Assembly (NCBI GenBank): GCA_031459385.1
Contig: JAVKIP010000005.1
Span: 1-64,000 of the forward strand
Reading direction: 5' to 3'
DNA: 64,000 nucleotides
Source of the DNA: Candidatus Fervidifonticultor secundus
Lineage (GTDB): Bacteria > Sysuimicrobiota > Sysuimicrobiia > Sysuimicrobiales > Humicultoraceae
The notes under the pieces are model-generated. The model made no database searches. It worked only from the letters and a program-made list of their open reading frames with translations, and was not told where the DNA came from. The translations under genes and the position numbers were made by a program. Below are positions 17,281 to 26,651 of this stretch, one piece after another. How positions within the stretch are numbered: position 1 is the stretch's first letter; every line of letters starts with the position of its first letter.

Positions 17281-18138
17281 GTGGATCGCGCAGAGGTAGC
17301 CCCTCCGGGCACCCCCCAGCCCCACGGTCCCGGGCCCGCGGAGGACGCCGTCACCTTCCGGAGGGTGAGCAAGCGCTTCACCTCGCCAGACGGCCGCAGT
17401 TACCCGGCCGTCGAGGCGATCAGCATCGCGGTGCGCCGCGGGGAGTTCGTCTCCATCGTGGGCCCCACCGGCTGCGGGAAGAGCACGCTGCTCAACCTGG
17501 CCGCCGGGCTGCTGGCGCCCGACCGGGGCGCGGTGGAGGTCTTCGGCGTGCCGCTGCAGGGCCTCAACCGTCACGCCACCTACCTCTTCCAGCAGGACGT
17601 CCTGCTGCCGTGGAAGACCGCCGAGGAGAACGTGATGCTGGGCCTGCTCTTCCGCCGGGCCGACCCCGCCCAGGCGCGGGCCCAGGCACGGCAGTGGCTG
17701 GCGCGCGTCGGCCTGGGGGGCTTCGAGCGGCACTACCCCCATCAGCTCTCCGGCGGGATGCGCAAGCGCGTGGCGCTCGCCCAAAACCTCATCGTGAACC
17801 CCGCGATTCTCCTGATGGACGAGCCGTTCTCGGCGCTGGACATTCAGACGCGTCAGATCATGGAGAACGACCTGCTGCGCATCTGGGCCGAGTTCCGCAA
17901 GACCGTGCTGTTCGTCACCCACGACCTCGAGGAGGCGATCGCGCTGGCCGACCGGGTCGTGGTGCTCTCGTCGGGCCCGGCGGCCCGCGTCATCGGCGAC
18001 TACCCCGTGGCGCTCCCGCGCCCCCGGGACGTGGCCGACGTCCGCCTCGACCGGGCGTTCCTGGAGATCTACCGCGCCATCTGGGAGCACCTCTCAGGTG
18101 AAGTCCGCAAGGCCTATGCGCACGCGCATCCAGCCTAG
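17281..18138 (+). CDS. ABC transporter ATP-binding protein (NitT/TauT family)
   Basis: GPTGCGKST, LSGGMRKR, LLMDEPFSALD and VTHD. Confidence 0.93.
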   Translation: MDRAEVAPPGTPQPHGPGPAEDAVTFRRVSKRFTSPDGRSYPAVEAISIAVRRGEFVSIVGPTGCGKSTLLNLAAGLLAPDRGAVEVFGVPLQGLNRHATYLFQQDVLLPWKTAEENVMLGLLFRRADPAQARAQARQWLARVGLGGFERHYPHQLSGGMRKRVALAQNLIVNPAILLMDEPFSALDIQTRQIMENDLLRIWAEFRKTVLFVTHDLEEAIALADRVVVLSSGPAARVIGDYPVALPRPRDVADVRLDRAFLEIYRAIWEHLSGEVRKAYAHAHPA

Positions 18139-18898
18139 GCTTGCGGCCTGGCAGACGGCGGTCCTCGTCGGCGGCCTGCTGCTGTGGGAGGGGCTGGTGG
18201 CGCGCGGGGTGCTGGACCCCTTCTTCTTCAGCCGCCCGACCCACGTGGCCGCCCGCATCGCCCAGTGGGTGCAGAGCGGCAGCATCTACCGCCACACCTG
18301 GGTCACGACCCAGGAGACGCTGCTGGCGTTCGTGATCGGGACGCTGCTGGGCGTGGTCGCCGGGTTTGCGTTCGCGCGCGCGCCGGGGCTGTCGCAGGTG
18401 TTCGAGCCCTACGTGAAGATCGCCAACGCCATGCCGCGCATCGTGCTGGCGCCCATTTTCACCCTGTGGTTCGGGCTGGGCATCCTCTCCAAGGTCGCGT
18501 TCGGCGTCACGCTGGTCTTCTTCATCGTGTTCTTCAACACGTACCAGGGCGTCAAGGACGTGGACCGCAACATCCTCAACAGCGCCCGGATGCTGGGCGC
18601 CTCGGAGCGCGACCTGGTGCGGCACGTGCTGCTCCCGTCGGCCATGACGTGGATCCTGGCGAGCCTGCACACGAGCGTGGGCCTGGCGCTGGTGGGCGCC
18701 GTCGTGGGCGAGTACCTGGGGTCGGCGCGCGGGCTGGGCTACCTGATCGCCCAGGCCGAGGGGCTCCTGGACACCACCGGTGTCATCGCAGGCATCGTGG
18801 TGCTGTCGGGGTTCGTGCTGGTCGTGGACCTGGTGGTCACGCTGGTCGAGCGCCGGCTGCTGGTGTGGAAGCCGGGGACGGCCGCCGAGTCGCGATGA
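18116..18898 (+). CDS. ABC transporter permease (NitT/TauT family)
   Basis: Hydrophobic helices, PRIVLAPIFTLWFGLG, an EAA-like loop and GAVVGEYLG. Confidence 0.9.
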   Translation: MRTRIQPRLAAWQTAVLVGGLLLWEGLVARGVLDPFFFSRPTHVAARIAQWVQSGSIYRHTWVTTQETLLAFVIGTLLGVVAGFAFARAPGLSQVFEPYVKIANAMPRIVLAPIFTLWFGLGILSKVAFGVTLVFFIVFFNTYQGVKDVDRNILNSARMLGASERDLVRHVLLPSAMTWILASLHTSVGLALVGAVVGEYLGSARGLGYLIAQAEGLLDTTGVIAGIVVLSGFVLVVDLVVTLVERRLLVWKPGTAAESR

Positions 18899-19009
18899 GC
18901 GCGGCGGGGCCGCTCGCGCCGTGCGGCGAGGCGGAAGTCTGCGGGCAGGGGTCTGCCGCGCGGCGCGCGTAATGGATCCGTAACGCGACCGACGATGGGA
19001 GGGAAGGTC

Positions 19010-20059
19010 ATGCGACGTCACCTGGTCCGGCGGTGGGCCATGGGGCTCCTGGTGGTCGCGGTGCTGGCCGGGGCGGTGGCGCCCGGCCTGGCGCAGGCCG
19101 CCAGACCCGAGAAGCCCCGCTTCGTCATGGCCATCGGCGGGAAGGAGGCCCTGGTCTACCTGCCCCTGACCGTGGCCGAGCGGCTGGGGTACTTCAAAGA
19201 CGCCGGGCTGGACCCTGACCTGCAGAACTTTGCCGGCGGCGGCCAGGCGCTGCGCGCGCTCATCGGCGGCAGCGCCGACGCGGTCAGCGGGTTCTACGAC
19301 CACACGATCCAGATGCAGGCGCAGGGCCGGAAGATCAGGGCCGTGGTCATGCAGCAGCGCTACCCCGGGCTCGTGCTGGCCATCGCGAAGCACGCCGCCG
19401 ACGCCGGAGTTCGCGACCTGGCGGCGCTGCGGGGCAAGAAGATCGGCGTGACGGCGCCCGGGTCGTCCACCCACTTCTTCGTGAACTACCTGATGGCCAA
19501 GGTTGGCGTGGGCCTGGACGAGTTCAGCATCGTGGGCGTCGGGCCCGGCGCTACGGCCGTGGCGGCGGTGCGGGCCCGGCAGATCGACGCCATCAGCAAC
19601 GTCGACCCGACGATCACCACGCTCTCGGCCAGCGGCGACCTCCCGGTGATCCTGGCCGACACGCGCACCACCACCGGGACGCTGCGCGTCTTCGGCGGGC
19701 CGTACCCGGCGGCGTGCATCTACGTGCGCGAGGAGTTCCTCCAGCAGCATCCCAACACCGTGCAGGCTATCGTTACCGCCATGGTGCGGGCGCTGCGGTG
19801 GATCAAGGCGCACAAGGTCGAGGAGATCGTGGCCCTCATGCCGCCCGAGTACTACCAGGGGAACCGGGACCTCTACACGCAGGCGGTGCGGGCGATGCTG
19901 GAGTCGTACTCGCTCGACGGTCGCATCTCGCCTGCCGGGGCCTCCAACGTGCTGGGCGTGCTGGGCACCTTCGACGCGGCGGTCCGGCGTGCCACGATCA
20001 ACGTCGCCGAGACCTACGAGATGCGGTTCGTGGACGCCTACTGGAAGGCGCCGAAGTAG
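19010..20059 (+). CDS. ABC transporter substrate-binding protein (NMT1/SsuA-like)
   Basis: Signal peptide, YLPLTVAERLGYFKDAGL and GKKIGVTAPGSST. Confidence 0.9.
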   Translation: MRRHLVRRWAMGLLVVAVLAGAVAPGLAQAARPEKPRFVMAIGGKEALVYLPLTVAERLGYFKDAGLDPDLQNFAGGGQALRALIGGSADAVSGFYDHTIQMQAQGRKIRAVVMQQRYPGLVLAIAKHAADAGVRDLAALRGKKIGVTAPGSSTHFFVNYLMAKVGVGLDEFSIVGVGPGATAVAAVRARQIDAISNVDPTITTLSASGDLPVILADTRTTTGTLRVFGGPYPAACIYVREEFLQQHPNTVQAIVTAMVRALRWIKAHKVEEIVALMPPEYYQGNRDLYTQAVRAMLESYSLDGRISPAGASNVLGVLGTFDAAVRRATINVAETYEMRFVDAYWKAPK

Positions 20060-20182
20060 CCTCCCTGCCGCACCCCGGGCAGGCGGCCGTGAGGCCGTGG
20101 CAGCGCGCCACCGCCTGCCCGCGCGTGGCGTTCCGCGCCTGACAGGGCGGCGACGTCCCCCCGCGCGGCCGCCGGGACGCGC

Positions 20183-21037
20183 TCAGTCCCCTTTGCCCGG
20201 GCTCGGCGCCGGGGGCCGGTAGGGCGCCGGGATGAACTCCACCCCGGGCCGGCGCTGCCGGGTCTGCGGGTAGAGCTCCATCAGCTCGTACACCTCGCGC
20301 GGCATCTCGTCGCTCACGCGCAGCCCGAGCTGGCGGGCCTCATCGTAGTTGATGGGGTAGTCGTGGGTCCACCGCCCGTCGCTGAGCGCCCGCGCGATCT
20401 CGTCGGCCTGCTGGGGCGGATGGTGCTCCAGGAGCAGTTGGGAGACGGTCTGGTGGACCTGCTGCAGCGCCTTGCGGGCGATGTCGCCCAGGATGAGCGT
20501 CTGGTCGTCGCGGTTGGGGTTCGGGGTCTCCAGGGCCTTGAGCACCGAGGCCGCGGGGAAGTAGCCGGTCTGCGGACCGCCGAGCTGCGGGTCTACCGGC
20601 CCCAGTACGGCGTCGGGATCCATGACGATCTGGTCCGCGGCCAGCGCGACGAGCGTCCCGCCGGACATGGCGTAGTGCGGGATGAAGACCGTGACGTGCC
20701 CCTTGTGTCGCTTCAGAGCCCACGCGATCTGCTCGGCGGCCAGCACCAGCCCGCCCGGCGTGTGGACGATCAGGTCGATGGGCATCTCGGGCGGGGTCAG
20801 CCGGATGGCGCGGAGCACCTGCTCGGAGTCCTCGATGTCGATGTAGCGGGCGATCGGCAGCCCCAGCAGGCTCATCGTCTCCTGCCGGTGGATCATGGTG
20901 ATGACCCGCGACCGCCGGCGGGTCTCGATGGCCCGGATGGCCATCAGGCGGCGGGCCGCCTGCATGCGCTGCTGAATCAGGGGGATGAAGATCTGCAGCA
21001 GGACCAGGATCCAGATCAGGTTCAGCAGGTCGCCCAT
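20183..21037 (-). CDS. SDH-family Clp-fold serine proteinase (membrane-anchored)
   Basis: N-terminal TM helix; IHRQETMS, HTPGG, HYAMSGGTL, LGPVDPQ and WTHDYPI. Confidence 0.88.
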   Translation of the reverse strand: MGDLLNLIWILVLLQIFIPLIQQRMQAARRLMAIRAIETRRRSRVITMIHRQETMSLLGLPIARYIDIEDSEQVLRAIRLTPPEMPIDLIVHTPGGLVLAAEQIAWALKRHKGHVTVFIPHYAMSGGTLVALAADQIVMDPDAVLGPVDPQLGGPQTGYFPAASVLKALETPNPNRDDQTLILGDIARKALQQVHQTVSQLLLEHHPPQQADEIARALSDGRWTHDYPINYDEARQLGLRVSDEMPREVYELMELYPQTRQRRPGVEFIPAPYRPPAPSPGKGD

Positions 21038-21071
21038 GAGGACTCCTCGAGCCCGGGCGGCGCCCCCGCGC

Positions 21072-22277
21072 CTACGGGTCGGTCTTCGTGAGCGCCGGGG
21101 CCACCTCGTGCCAGGCGGCGGCCACCGCATCCGCGATCGCGTCTACCTCGGGCTCGGCGTGCGCCGCGGTGATGGTGATGCGCAGCCGGCTGGTCCGCGG
21201 CGGAACCGCTGGCGAGAGGATCGGCAGCGCGAAGATCTCGCGGTCGAAGAGGTAGCGCGCCATGCGCACGGTCCGCTCGTCGTCGCCGGCGATGACCGGC
21301 ACGATCGGCGTGGGATCGTCGCGCACCGGCAGCCCCGCCGCCCGCAGGCGCGCCCGCAGGCGGCGGGCGTTGCCCTGCAGGCGGGCGACGCGGTCCGGCT
21401 CCGCCTCCATCACGTCCAGGGCGGCCATGGTCGCGGCCGCGCTGGCCGGCGGCATCGCCGCCGAGAAGACGAAGGCCCGCGAGGCGTGCTTGAGGTGCAG
21501 CACGAGGTCCTCGGAGCCGGCGATCACGCCGCCGGCCGACGGCACGCTCTTGGACAGCGAGCTCATCTTCACCTGGATGGCCCCGCGGAGGCCGAAGTGC
21601 TCCTCGATGCCCGCCCCGCTGGCGCCCAGCACGCCCAGCGAGTGCGACTCGTCCACCATCAGCCAGGCCCCGTGCCGGCGGCAGACCTCGACCAGCGCCG
21701 GCAGGTTGTAGACGTCGCCGTCCATGCTGAACACCGCATCCACGACCACCAGCGCTCCGGCCCCGGCCGTCACCCGGCTCAGCTCGCGGTCGACGGCCGT
21801 CACGTCGTTGTGGGGCACGCGGACGAAGCGCGCGCCCGACAGCAGGCAGCCGTCGACGATGCTGGCGTGGTTGAGCTTGTCGCAGATGACGACATCGCCG
21901 CGCCCGACCAGTGCCGAGATCGCCGCGAAGTTGGCCAGGTAGCCGCTGGAGTAGGCCACGGCACCCTCAGCGCCCAGGAAGGCGGCGAGCCGGTCCTCGA
22001 GGCGGTCGTGGAGGTCTGTGTTCCCCGCCAGCAGGCGCACGCCGTGCGTGCCGGTGCCGTAGCGCTCGAGCGCGGCAGCCGCCGCGGCCTGGATCGCGGG
22101 GTGGCCGAGGAGCCCCAGGTACGAGTACGACGACGCCAGCAACATCCGGCGCCCGCGGATCGTGACGTAGGCGCCGTCGATGGCCGCCACAGGCTCCAGG
22201 TAGAAGTACAGCCGGCGATCCCGGTAGCCCCGGACCCGGTCAGCGATGTCGCGGACGCGGCGCTCGATGGGGCCCAA
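21072..22277 (-). CDS. PLP-dependent alpha-oxoamine synthase (BioF/Kbl/serine palmitoyltransferase family)
   Basis: SYSYLGL, YGTGTHGVRLLAG, NHASIVDG, FSMDGD, VDESHSLG and PLP lysine in SSLSKS. TTG start after GGAGAGGAG. Confidence 0.88.
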   Translation of the reverse strand: MGPIERRVRDIADRVRGYRDRRLYFYLEPVAAIDGAYVTIRGRRMLLASSYSYLGLLGHPAIQAAAAAALERYGTGTHGVRLLAGNTDLHDRLEDRLAAFLGAEGAVAYSSGYLANFAAISALVGRGDVVICDKLNHASIVDGCLLSGARFVRVPHNDVTAVDRELSRVTAGAGALVVVDAVFSMDGDVYNLPALVEVCRRHGAWLMVDESHSLGVLGASGAGIEEHFGLRGAIQVKMSSLSKSVPSAGGVIAGSEDLVLHLKHASRAFVFSAAMPPASAAATMAALDVMEAEPDRVARLQGNARRLRARLRAAGLPVRDDPTPIVPVIAGDDERTVRMARYLFDREIFALPILSPAVPPRTSRLRITITAAHAEPEVDAIADAVAAAWHEVAPALTKTDP

Positions 22278-22350
22278 ACTACTCCTCTCCTCCTGCGGCG
22301 TTGGTGTAACCAGTTGGCGATGCCGGCGGCGGCTTCCTGCCCGCGCCGGC

Positions 22351-23673
22351 TCATGGGCCGCGCATCACGCGGGCGACGGCCGCCGCCGCGTCGTCGAGCG
22401 CGCCGCGCAGGCTCTCGCGACGGCGCAACGCTCGCTGCAGGAACGGGCTGACCAGGGCCTCCACGCGCTCGCGTCCCGGGCGGCCGAACCGCCGCACCGG
22501 GTGGCGCATCGCCTCGGCGGCCACGGCGAGCAGCGGGCCCGCGACCGCATCCGCCCGGAGCTCGCGGTCGTCATAGAGGCGCGCGGCCGTCGGCAGGTAG
22601 CCGCGGTGCTTCAGCGCCACGATCTGCACCGGCACCGACGCCATGTGCTCCAAGAGGCCCCAGGCCGCATCGCCCACGCCGCGCCGCAGGGCGCTGGCCG
22701 TGATCCCGTAGCCGTCCGCCTCATAGACAGTGGCGGTCCGGGGCAGGCCGGGCCCCAGGCCGGGCAGCACGGCGATACCCACCCTGCCGCCCAGCGCGCC
22801 GCGGCGCGTGGCTCCCAGCGCGTCCAGCCAGACCGGCGTCGTCGCCGCCATCATGGCCGCGCGCCCGGCCAGGAACAGCTGCCGGGCGCCCGCGGGCGTC
22901 AGGGCCAGCGCCCCCGGATCCAGGCACTGGTGCTCGTGGATCAGGGCATCCATGGCGGCGAGGGCGCGCAGGCCGCGGGCGTCGTTGAAGGCGGGCTCGC
23001 CCCGCGCATCTGCCACCGCGCCGCCCGCCCGGTAGAGCCACCGCTCGAACGCGGTGAAGAGCGGTGCGCCCGCATCCAGGCTCTCGACGTACCCCCACTG
23101 GTCGATGTACCCGTCGCCGTCGCGGTCACGGGTGAGCCGCCGACACGCTGCCGCGAATTCGGCGAACGTGCGCGGCGGCCGCGCGGGGTCCAGCCCGGAT
23201 TCTGCGAACAGGCGCGCGTTCCACAGCAGCACCCAGAGAGTGAAGTGGCGCGGGAGGCCGTACGGCTGCCCCCGGGCGGTCACCGCTGGCAGCGCCGCCG
23301 GCAGCACGCCCTCGCGGTCTGTGGGGGCCCACCGGTCTGCGACGGGCGCGAGCAGCGCCGAGAACTCGGCAGCCCAGGCGTTGGTGAGCCGCACCAGGTC
23401 GGCGCCCACATCGCCGCTGGCAGAGGCGGCCGCCAGCCGGGCGCGAATCGTGGCCCGCGAGGCGGGCACCCACTCGACCTGCACCCGGCCGCCGCTTGCC
23501 CGCGCGTACGCGATCGCGGCCTGGTACCACGGGTTGCCCGCCGGGCCCTCGTCGAGGACCCGGAGCGTCACGCCCGCGGCGGGCGCGCCGCCGGGCCACG
23601 ACGCCAGCGCGACCGCCAGGACGCCGCACACCGCGGCGATCGCGGGGGGACGATGCACGACCACGCCGCCCAC
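22351..23673 (-). CDS. Carbohydrate-type ABC substrate-binding protein (stand-alone)
   Basis: Signal-like N-terminus, YGLP...LLWNARLFAESGLD..PPRTFAEF and a DRDGDGYIDQWG loop. Start uncertain. Confidence 0.75.
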   Translation of the reverse strand: MGGVVVHRPPAIAAVCGVLAVALASWPGGAPAAGVTLRVLDEGPAGNPWYQAAIAYARASGGRVQVEWVPASRATIRARLAAASASGDVGADLVRLTNAWAAEFSALLAPVADRWAPTDREGVLPAALPAVTARGQPYGLPRHFTLWVLLWNARLFAESGLDPARPPRTFAEFAAACRRLTRDRDGDGYIDQWGYVESLDAGAPLFTAFERWLYRAGGAVADARGEPAFNDARGLRALAAMDALIHEHQCLDPGALALTPAGARQLFLAGRAAMMAATTPVWLDALGATRRGALGGRVGIAVLPGLGPGLPRTATVYEADGYGITASALRRGVGDAAWGLLEHMASVPVQIVALKHRGYLPTAARLYDDRELRADAVAGPLLAVAAEAMRHPVRRFGRPGRERVEALVSPFLQRALRRRESLRGALDDAAAAVARVMRGP

Positions 23674-23858
23674 AGTTCCCCGCGACGTGGGGCTCCTCCT
23701 GGTCGCCTCCCTGGCGGCCGACCACAGCCGTAGGCGCGATTGCATCGTTACCGTCAGGTGACAGTCGCGCGCTACGGTGTGCGACGATACCGAGCACCGG
23801 GGTCGCGCCGGCCGTCGGCGCCCGCTGGTGTCGAGCGCAGAGCGCAGAGGAGGTTCCG

Positions 23859-24347
23859 ATGAAACGAGCAGGTCTGCTCATGCTCCTGCTGGTGCTGGTA
23901 GTCGTCCCCGCGAGCCTCGTCCGGGCGCAGGCACCGCAGACCCACTACAGCGCCATCCTCACGGGCGACGAGCAGGTGCCCCGGGTTGCCACCCGGGCCT
24001 TTGGCACCGCGGTCTTCGAGGTGCAGCCCGGAGGCAACGCGATCCGGTACTGGCTCACGGTGGTCGACCTGGCCAATGTGCAGATGGCCCACATCCACAT
24101 CGCCCCGGCCGGCCAGAACGGCCCGGTGGCGGTGTGGCTCTATCCGGCCGCGCCGCCGCCCCGGCCGATTCCCGGCGTGACCAGCGCCCAGCTGGCCGAG
24201 GGGACGTTCACCGCGGCGACCTTCGTGGGGCCGCTGGCCCGGCAGCCCATGAGCGCGCTGCTCACCGCCATCGCCCAGGGCAACGCCTACGTGAACGTGC
24301 ACACGGCGGCGAACCCCGGCGGGGAGATCCGGGGGCAGATCAGGTAG
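23859..24347 (+). CDS. Secreted CHRD-domain protein
   Basis: GGAGG SD, signal peptide, LTGDEQVP, AHIH, GPV and YVNVHTAANPGGEIRGQI. Confidence 0.9.
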   Translation: MKRAGLLMLLLVLVVVPASLVRAQAPQTHYSAILTGDEQVPRVATRAFGTAVFEVQPGGNAIRYWLTVVDLANVQMAHIHIAPAGQNGPVAVWLYPAAPPPRPIPGVTSAQLAEGTFTAATFVGPLARQPMSALLTAIAQGNAYVNVHTAANPGGEIRGQIR

Positions 24348-25920
24348 CGCGCCGGCTCTTCGCCTCAAACTGGCGCTCGTACAAAACCCGGAGGTGCGCC
24401 AGCGGTGTGGCATCCTCGGGCCGCTTGTCGTCCCGAATGCGTACGACGCGGGCGAAGCGGAGGGCGAACCCCGAGGAGTACTGCGGGCTGTGCTGGATCT
24501 CGTTGTAGGCCACTTCGACGACCACCGCGGGCCGCACGCTGACGGTGACGCCGTCGTCGGCAACCGCCAGCGCCTGCAGCCGTGCCGTCATGGCCCGGAA
24601 CTCGTCGTCGGTAAGGCCCTTGAACGTCTTGCCCACCGGCGCCCAGCCGCCGCTGTCGTCGCGCACCGCCAGGTGGTAGTTCGACAGCCACCCGCGCCGC
24701 CGGCCGGAGCCCCAATCTGCCGCCACCACGACGCAGTCCACGGTCTCCGCCGGCTTCACCTTGAGCCAGCGCTTGCCCCGACTGCCCGGCATGTAGGGGC
24801 TGTCGAGCGCCTTGGCCATCAGGCCCTCGGTGCCGGCTGCCAGCGCCTCGGCTAGGAACGCGCGGGCCTCGTCGAGCGTCGCCGGCACGATCCGGCGCGC
24901 TAGGTGCCCTCCGCCGCTCGTGCGCTCCAGCAGCGCCCACCGCGCCTCGTACGGCTCGTCGATCAACGCCCGGCCATCGAGCCACAGCAGGTCGAAGAGG
25001 TGCAGCACGAGGGGGATCGCCCGCGCCGCCTCGTCGACGGCACGCACACGGCGGAACCGGCGCATCAGGTCCTGGAAGGGGAGCGGCCGCCCCTCGGGGC
25101 CGACCGCCACCACCTCACCGTCAGCGATCACCTCGCGGGCGTGCAGCTCGCGCTGCGCGAGCGTCACGACCTCGGGCAGGCTCGAAGTCACCTCGCTCTG
25201 CCGTCGGCTCCAGATCCGCACCACGTCACCCCGCCTGTGGATCTGCACGCGTGCGCCGTCGTACTTGTACTCCAGCGCGGTGCGGCCGCCGTGGGCCGCG
25301 AAGACCTCGGTCAGGTCGTCGGCGACCTCGGCCAGCATGGGGAGCAGCGGCACGAACACCTGCACGCCCACGCCTTCCAGCCCGGCAGGACCCTGGGTCA
25401 GCGCGATGCGGGCCACCGCAGCGAGATCGGCGCGGACCAGCGCCGCGCGGCGCACGAGCGCCGGGCTCGCGCCGGTGGCCTGGGCGAGGGCATCCTGCAG
25501 CAGGCCCTCGTCGAGCCCGATGCGCATCTCGCCCAGGAGGATTCGCTGCAGCACGCGCCGCTCCTCGTCCGTCGCCTGCGCCAGCAGGGCGCGCAGGCGC
25601 TCGACCTTCGCGCGCCGCGAGCCCGGGCCCGAGAGGGCGGCCACGTCGGAGAAGGCGCCGGCGACGTCCAGCAGCCCGAGGGTGGGCGTCGCCGGCGGCG
25701 GGCCGGCAGCCCTCTGGGCCTCGGCCAGTGCCGCCCAGCTCACCTCGAGCGCGCGCGGGTCGGACGCCGGCAGCGCCCGCCCGGCCAGGAACGCCGCTGC
25801 CGCCGGGATCTCCTCCGGAGCCAGGCGGCGGAGGAACGCGGCGGTGCGCGCGGTCTTGGCGAGCCGGCTGCGGGTCGCCTCCAGATCGCGACAGAGGTCG
25901 CAGAACTCTTCGAAGCGCAT
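24340..25920 (-). CDS. ATP-dependent DNA ligase (LigB/archaeal-type)
   Basis: Motif I EYKYDGARVQIH, DGEVV, FDLLWLDG, EGLMAK, WLKVKP and ALRFARVVRIRDDK. Confidence 0.93.
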   Translation of the reverse strand: MRFEEFCDLCRDLEATRSRLAKTARTAAFLRRLAPEEIPAAAAFLAGRALPASDPRALEVSWAALAEAQRAAGPPPATPTLGLLDVAGAFSDVAALSGPGSRRAKVERLRALLAQATDEERRVLQRILLGEMRIGLDEGLLQDALAQATGASPALVRRAALVRADLAAVARIALTQGPAGLEGVGVQVFVPLLPMLAEVADDLTEVFAAHGGRTALEYKYDGARVQIHRRGDVVRIWSRRQSEVTSSLPEVVTLAQRELHAREVIADGEVVAVGPEGRPLPFQDLMRRFRRVRAVDEAARAIPLVLHLFDLLWLDGRALIDEPYEARWALLERTSGGGHLARRIVPATLDEARAFLAEALAAGTEGLMAKALDSPYMPGSRGKRWLKVKPAETVDCVVVAADWGSGRRRGWLSNYHLAVRDDSGGWAPVGKTFKGLTDDEFRAMTARLQALAVADDGVTVSVRPAVVVEVAYNEIQHSPQYSSGFALRFARVVRIRDDKRPEDATPLAHLRVLYERQFEAKSRRAT

Positions 25921-25993
25921 ACGCCTCCAGCGTAGCGGGTTTGCCGCGTGGCGCGAAGGGATCGCCCGCGGCCGCGGCCAACTACCCGCAGGG

Positions 25994-26554
25994 ATGCGCA
26001 TCCTCGCCTGCGCCGACCTCCACGGCCGCCCGGACCGCATCGCGCGGGTCCGGGCACTGGCGGCCGAGCACGCGCCCGACGTGGTGCTGCTCCCCGGCGA
26101 CCTGACCCATGCGGGCTACGGCGAGGACGCGCTGGCGCTGCTGCAGGAGCTGTCGGTGCCGGTGCTGGCCGTGCCCGGCAACATGGACGGGGCCGCGGCC
26201 GTGGCGGCCATCGCGCAGCGAGGCCGCCTGGCCGGGGCGCAGCCCGTGGTCATCGGCGGCGTTGCGTTCGGGGGCCCGCAGGTGCGCGCGCCCTGCGACG
26301 TCCTGGTCACCCACGAGCCGCCCTACGGCACACTCGACGCACCGGTGCCGGGTCGCCACGTGGGCTCACGCGGTGTGCTGGACTTGCTCCGCCGCTACCG
26401 TCCCCGGGTGCTGACCTGCGGGCACATCCACGAGTCGCCCGGCATCGCACGGGTGGAGGAAACGCTCGTAGTCAACTGCACCATGGGCGATGGAAAGACC
26501 GGCGGCGCGCTGATCGCGCTGACCGCCGACGGCGCGACGGCCAGGCTGCTCTGA
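25994..26554 (+). CDS. Calcineurin-like metallophosphoesterase
   Basis: DLHG, GDLT, PGNMD, THEPP and GHIHE. Confidence 0.88.
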   Translation: MRILACADLHGRPDRIARVRALAAEHAPDVVLLPGDLTHAGYGEDALALLQELSVPVLAVPGNMDGAAAVAAIAQRGRLAGAQPVVIGGVAFGGPQVRAPCDVLVTHEPPYGTLDAPVPGRHVGSRGVLDLLRRYRPRVLTCGHIHESPGIARVEETLVVNCTMGDGKTGGALIALTADGATARLL

Positions 26555-26572
26555 TCGACCGCGGTCCGCCGA

Positions 26573-26612
26573 TTCTCCGGGGCACTTCCCCCTGGGGGTT
26601 TCTCCGGGGCAC
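26573..26612. repeat. 13-bp direct repeat TTCTCCGGGGCAC flanking a CCCCC-T-GGGGG palindrome
   Basis: Copies at 26573-26585 and 26600-26612, between two convergent genes. Confidence 0.5.
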
Positions 26613-26651
26613 CGATCGCCACAAGCAGTGGGCGGTCCGAGCCCTTCGACA

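Noticed and set aside
24340..26554. DNA ligase plus metallophosphoesterase as a defence or dedicated repair module
   Set aside because: The genes are divergent and there is no helicase, nuclease or Ku partner; both are common stand-alone genes.
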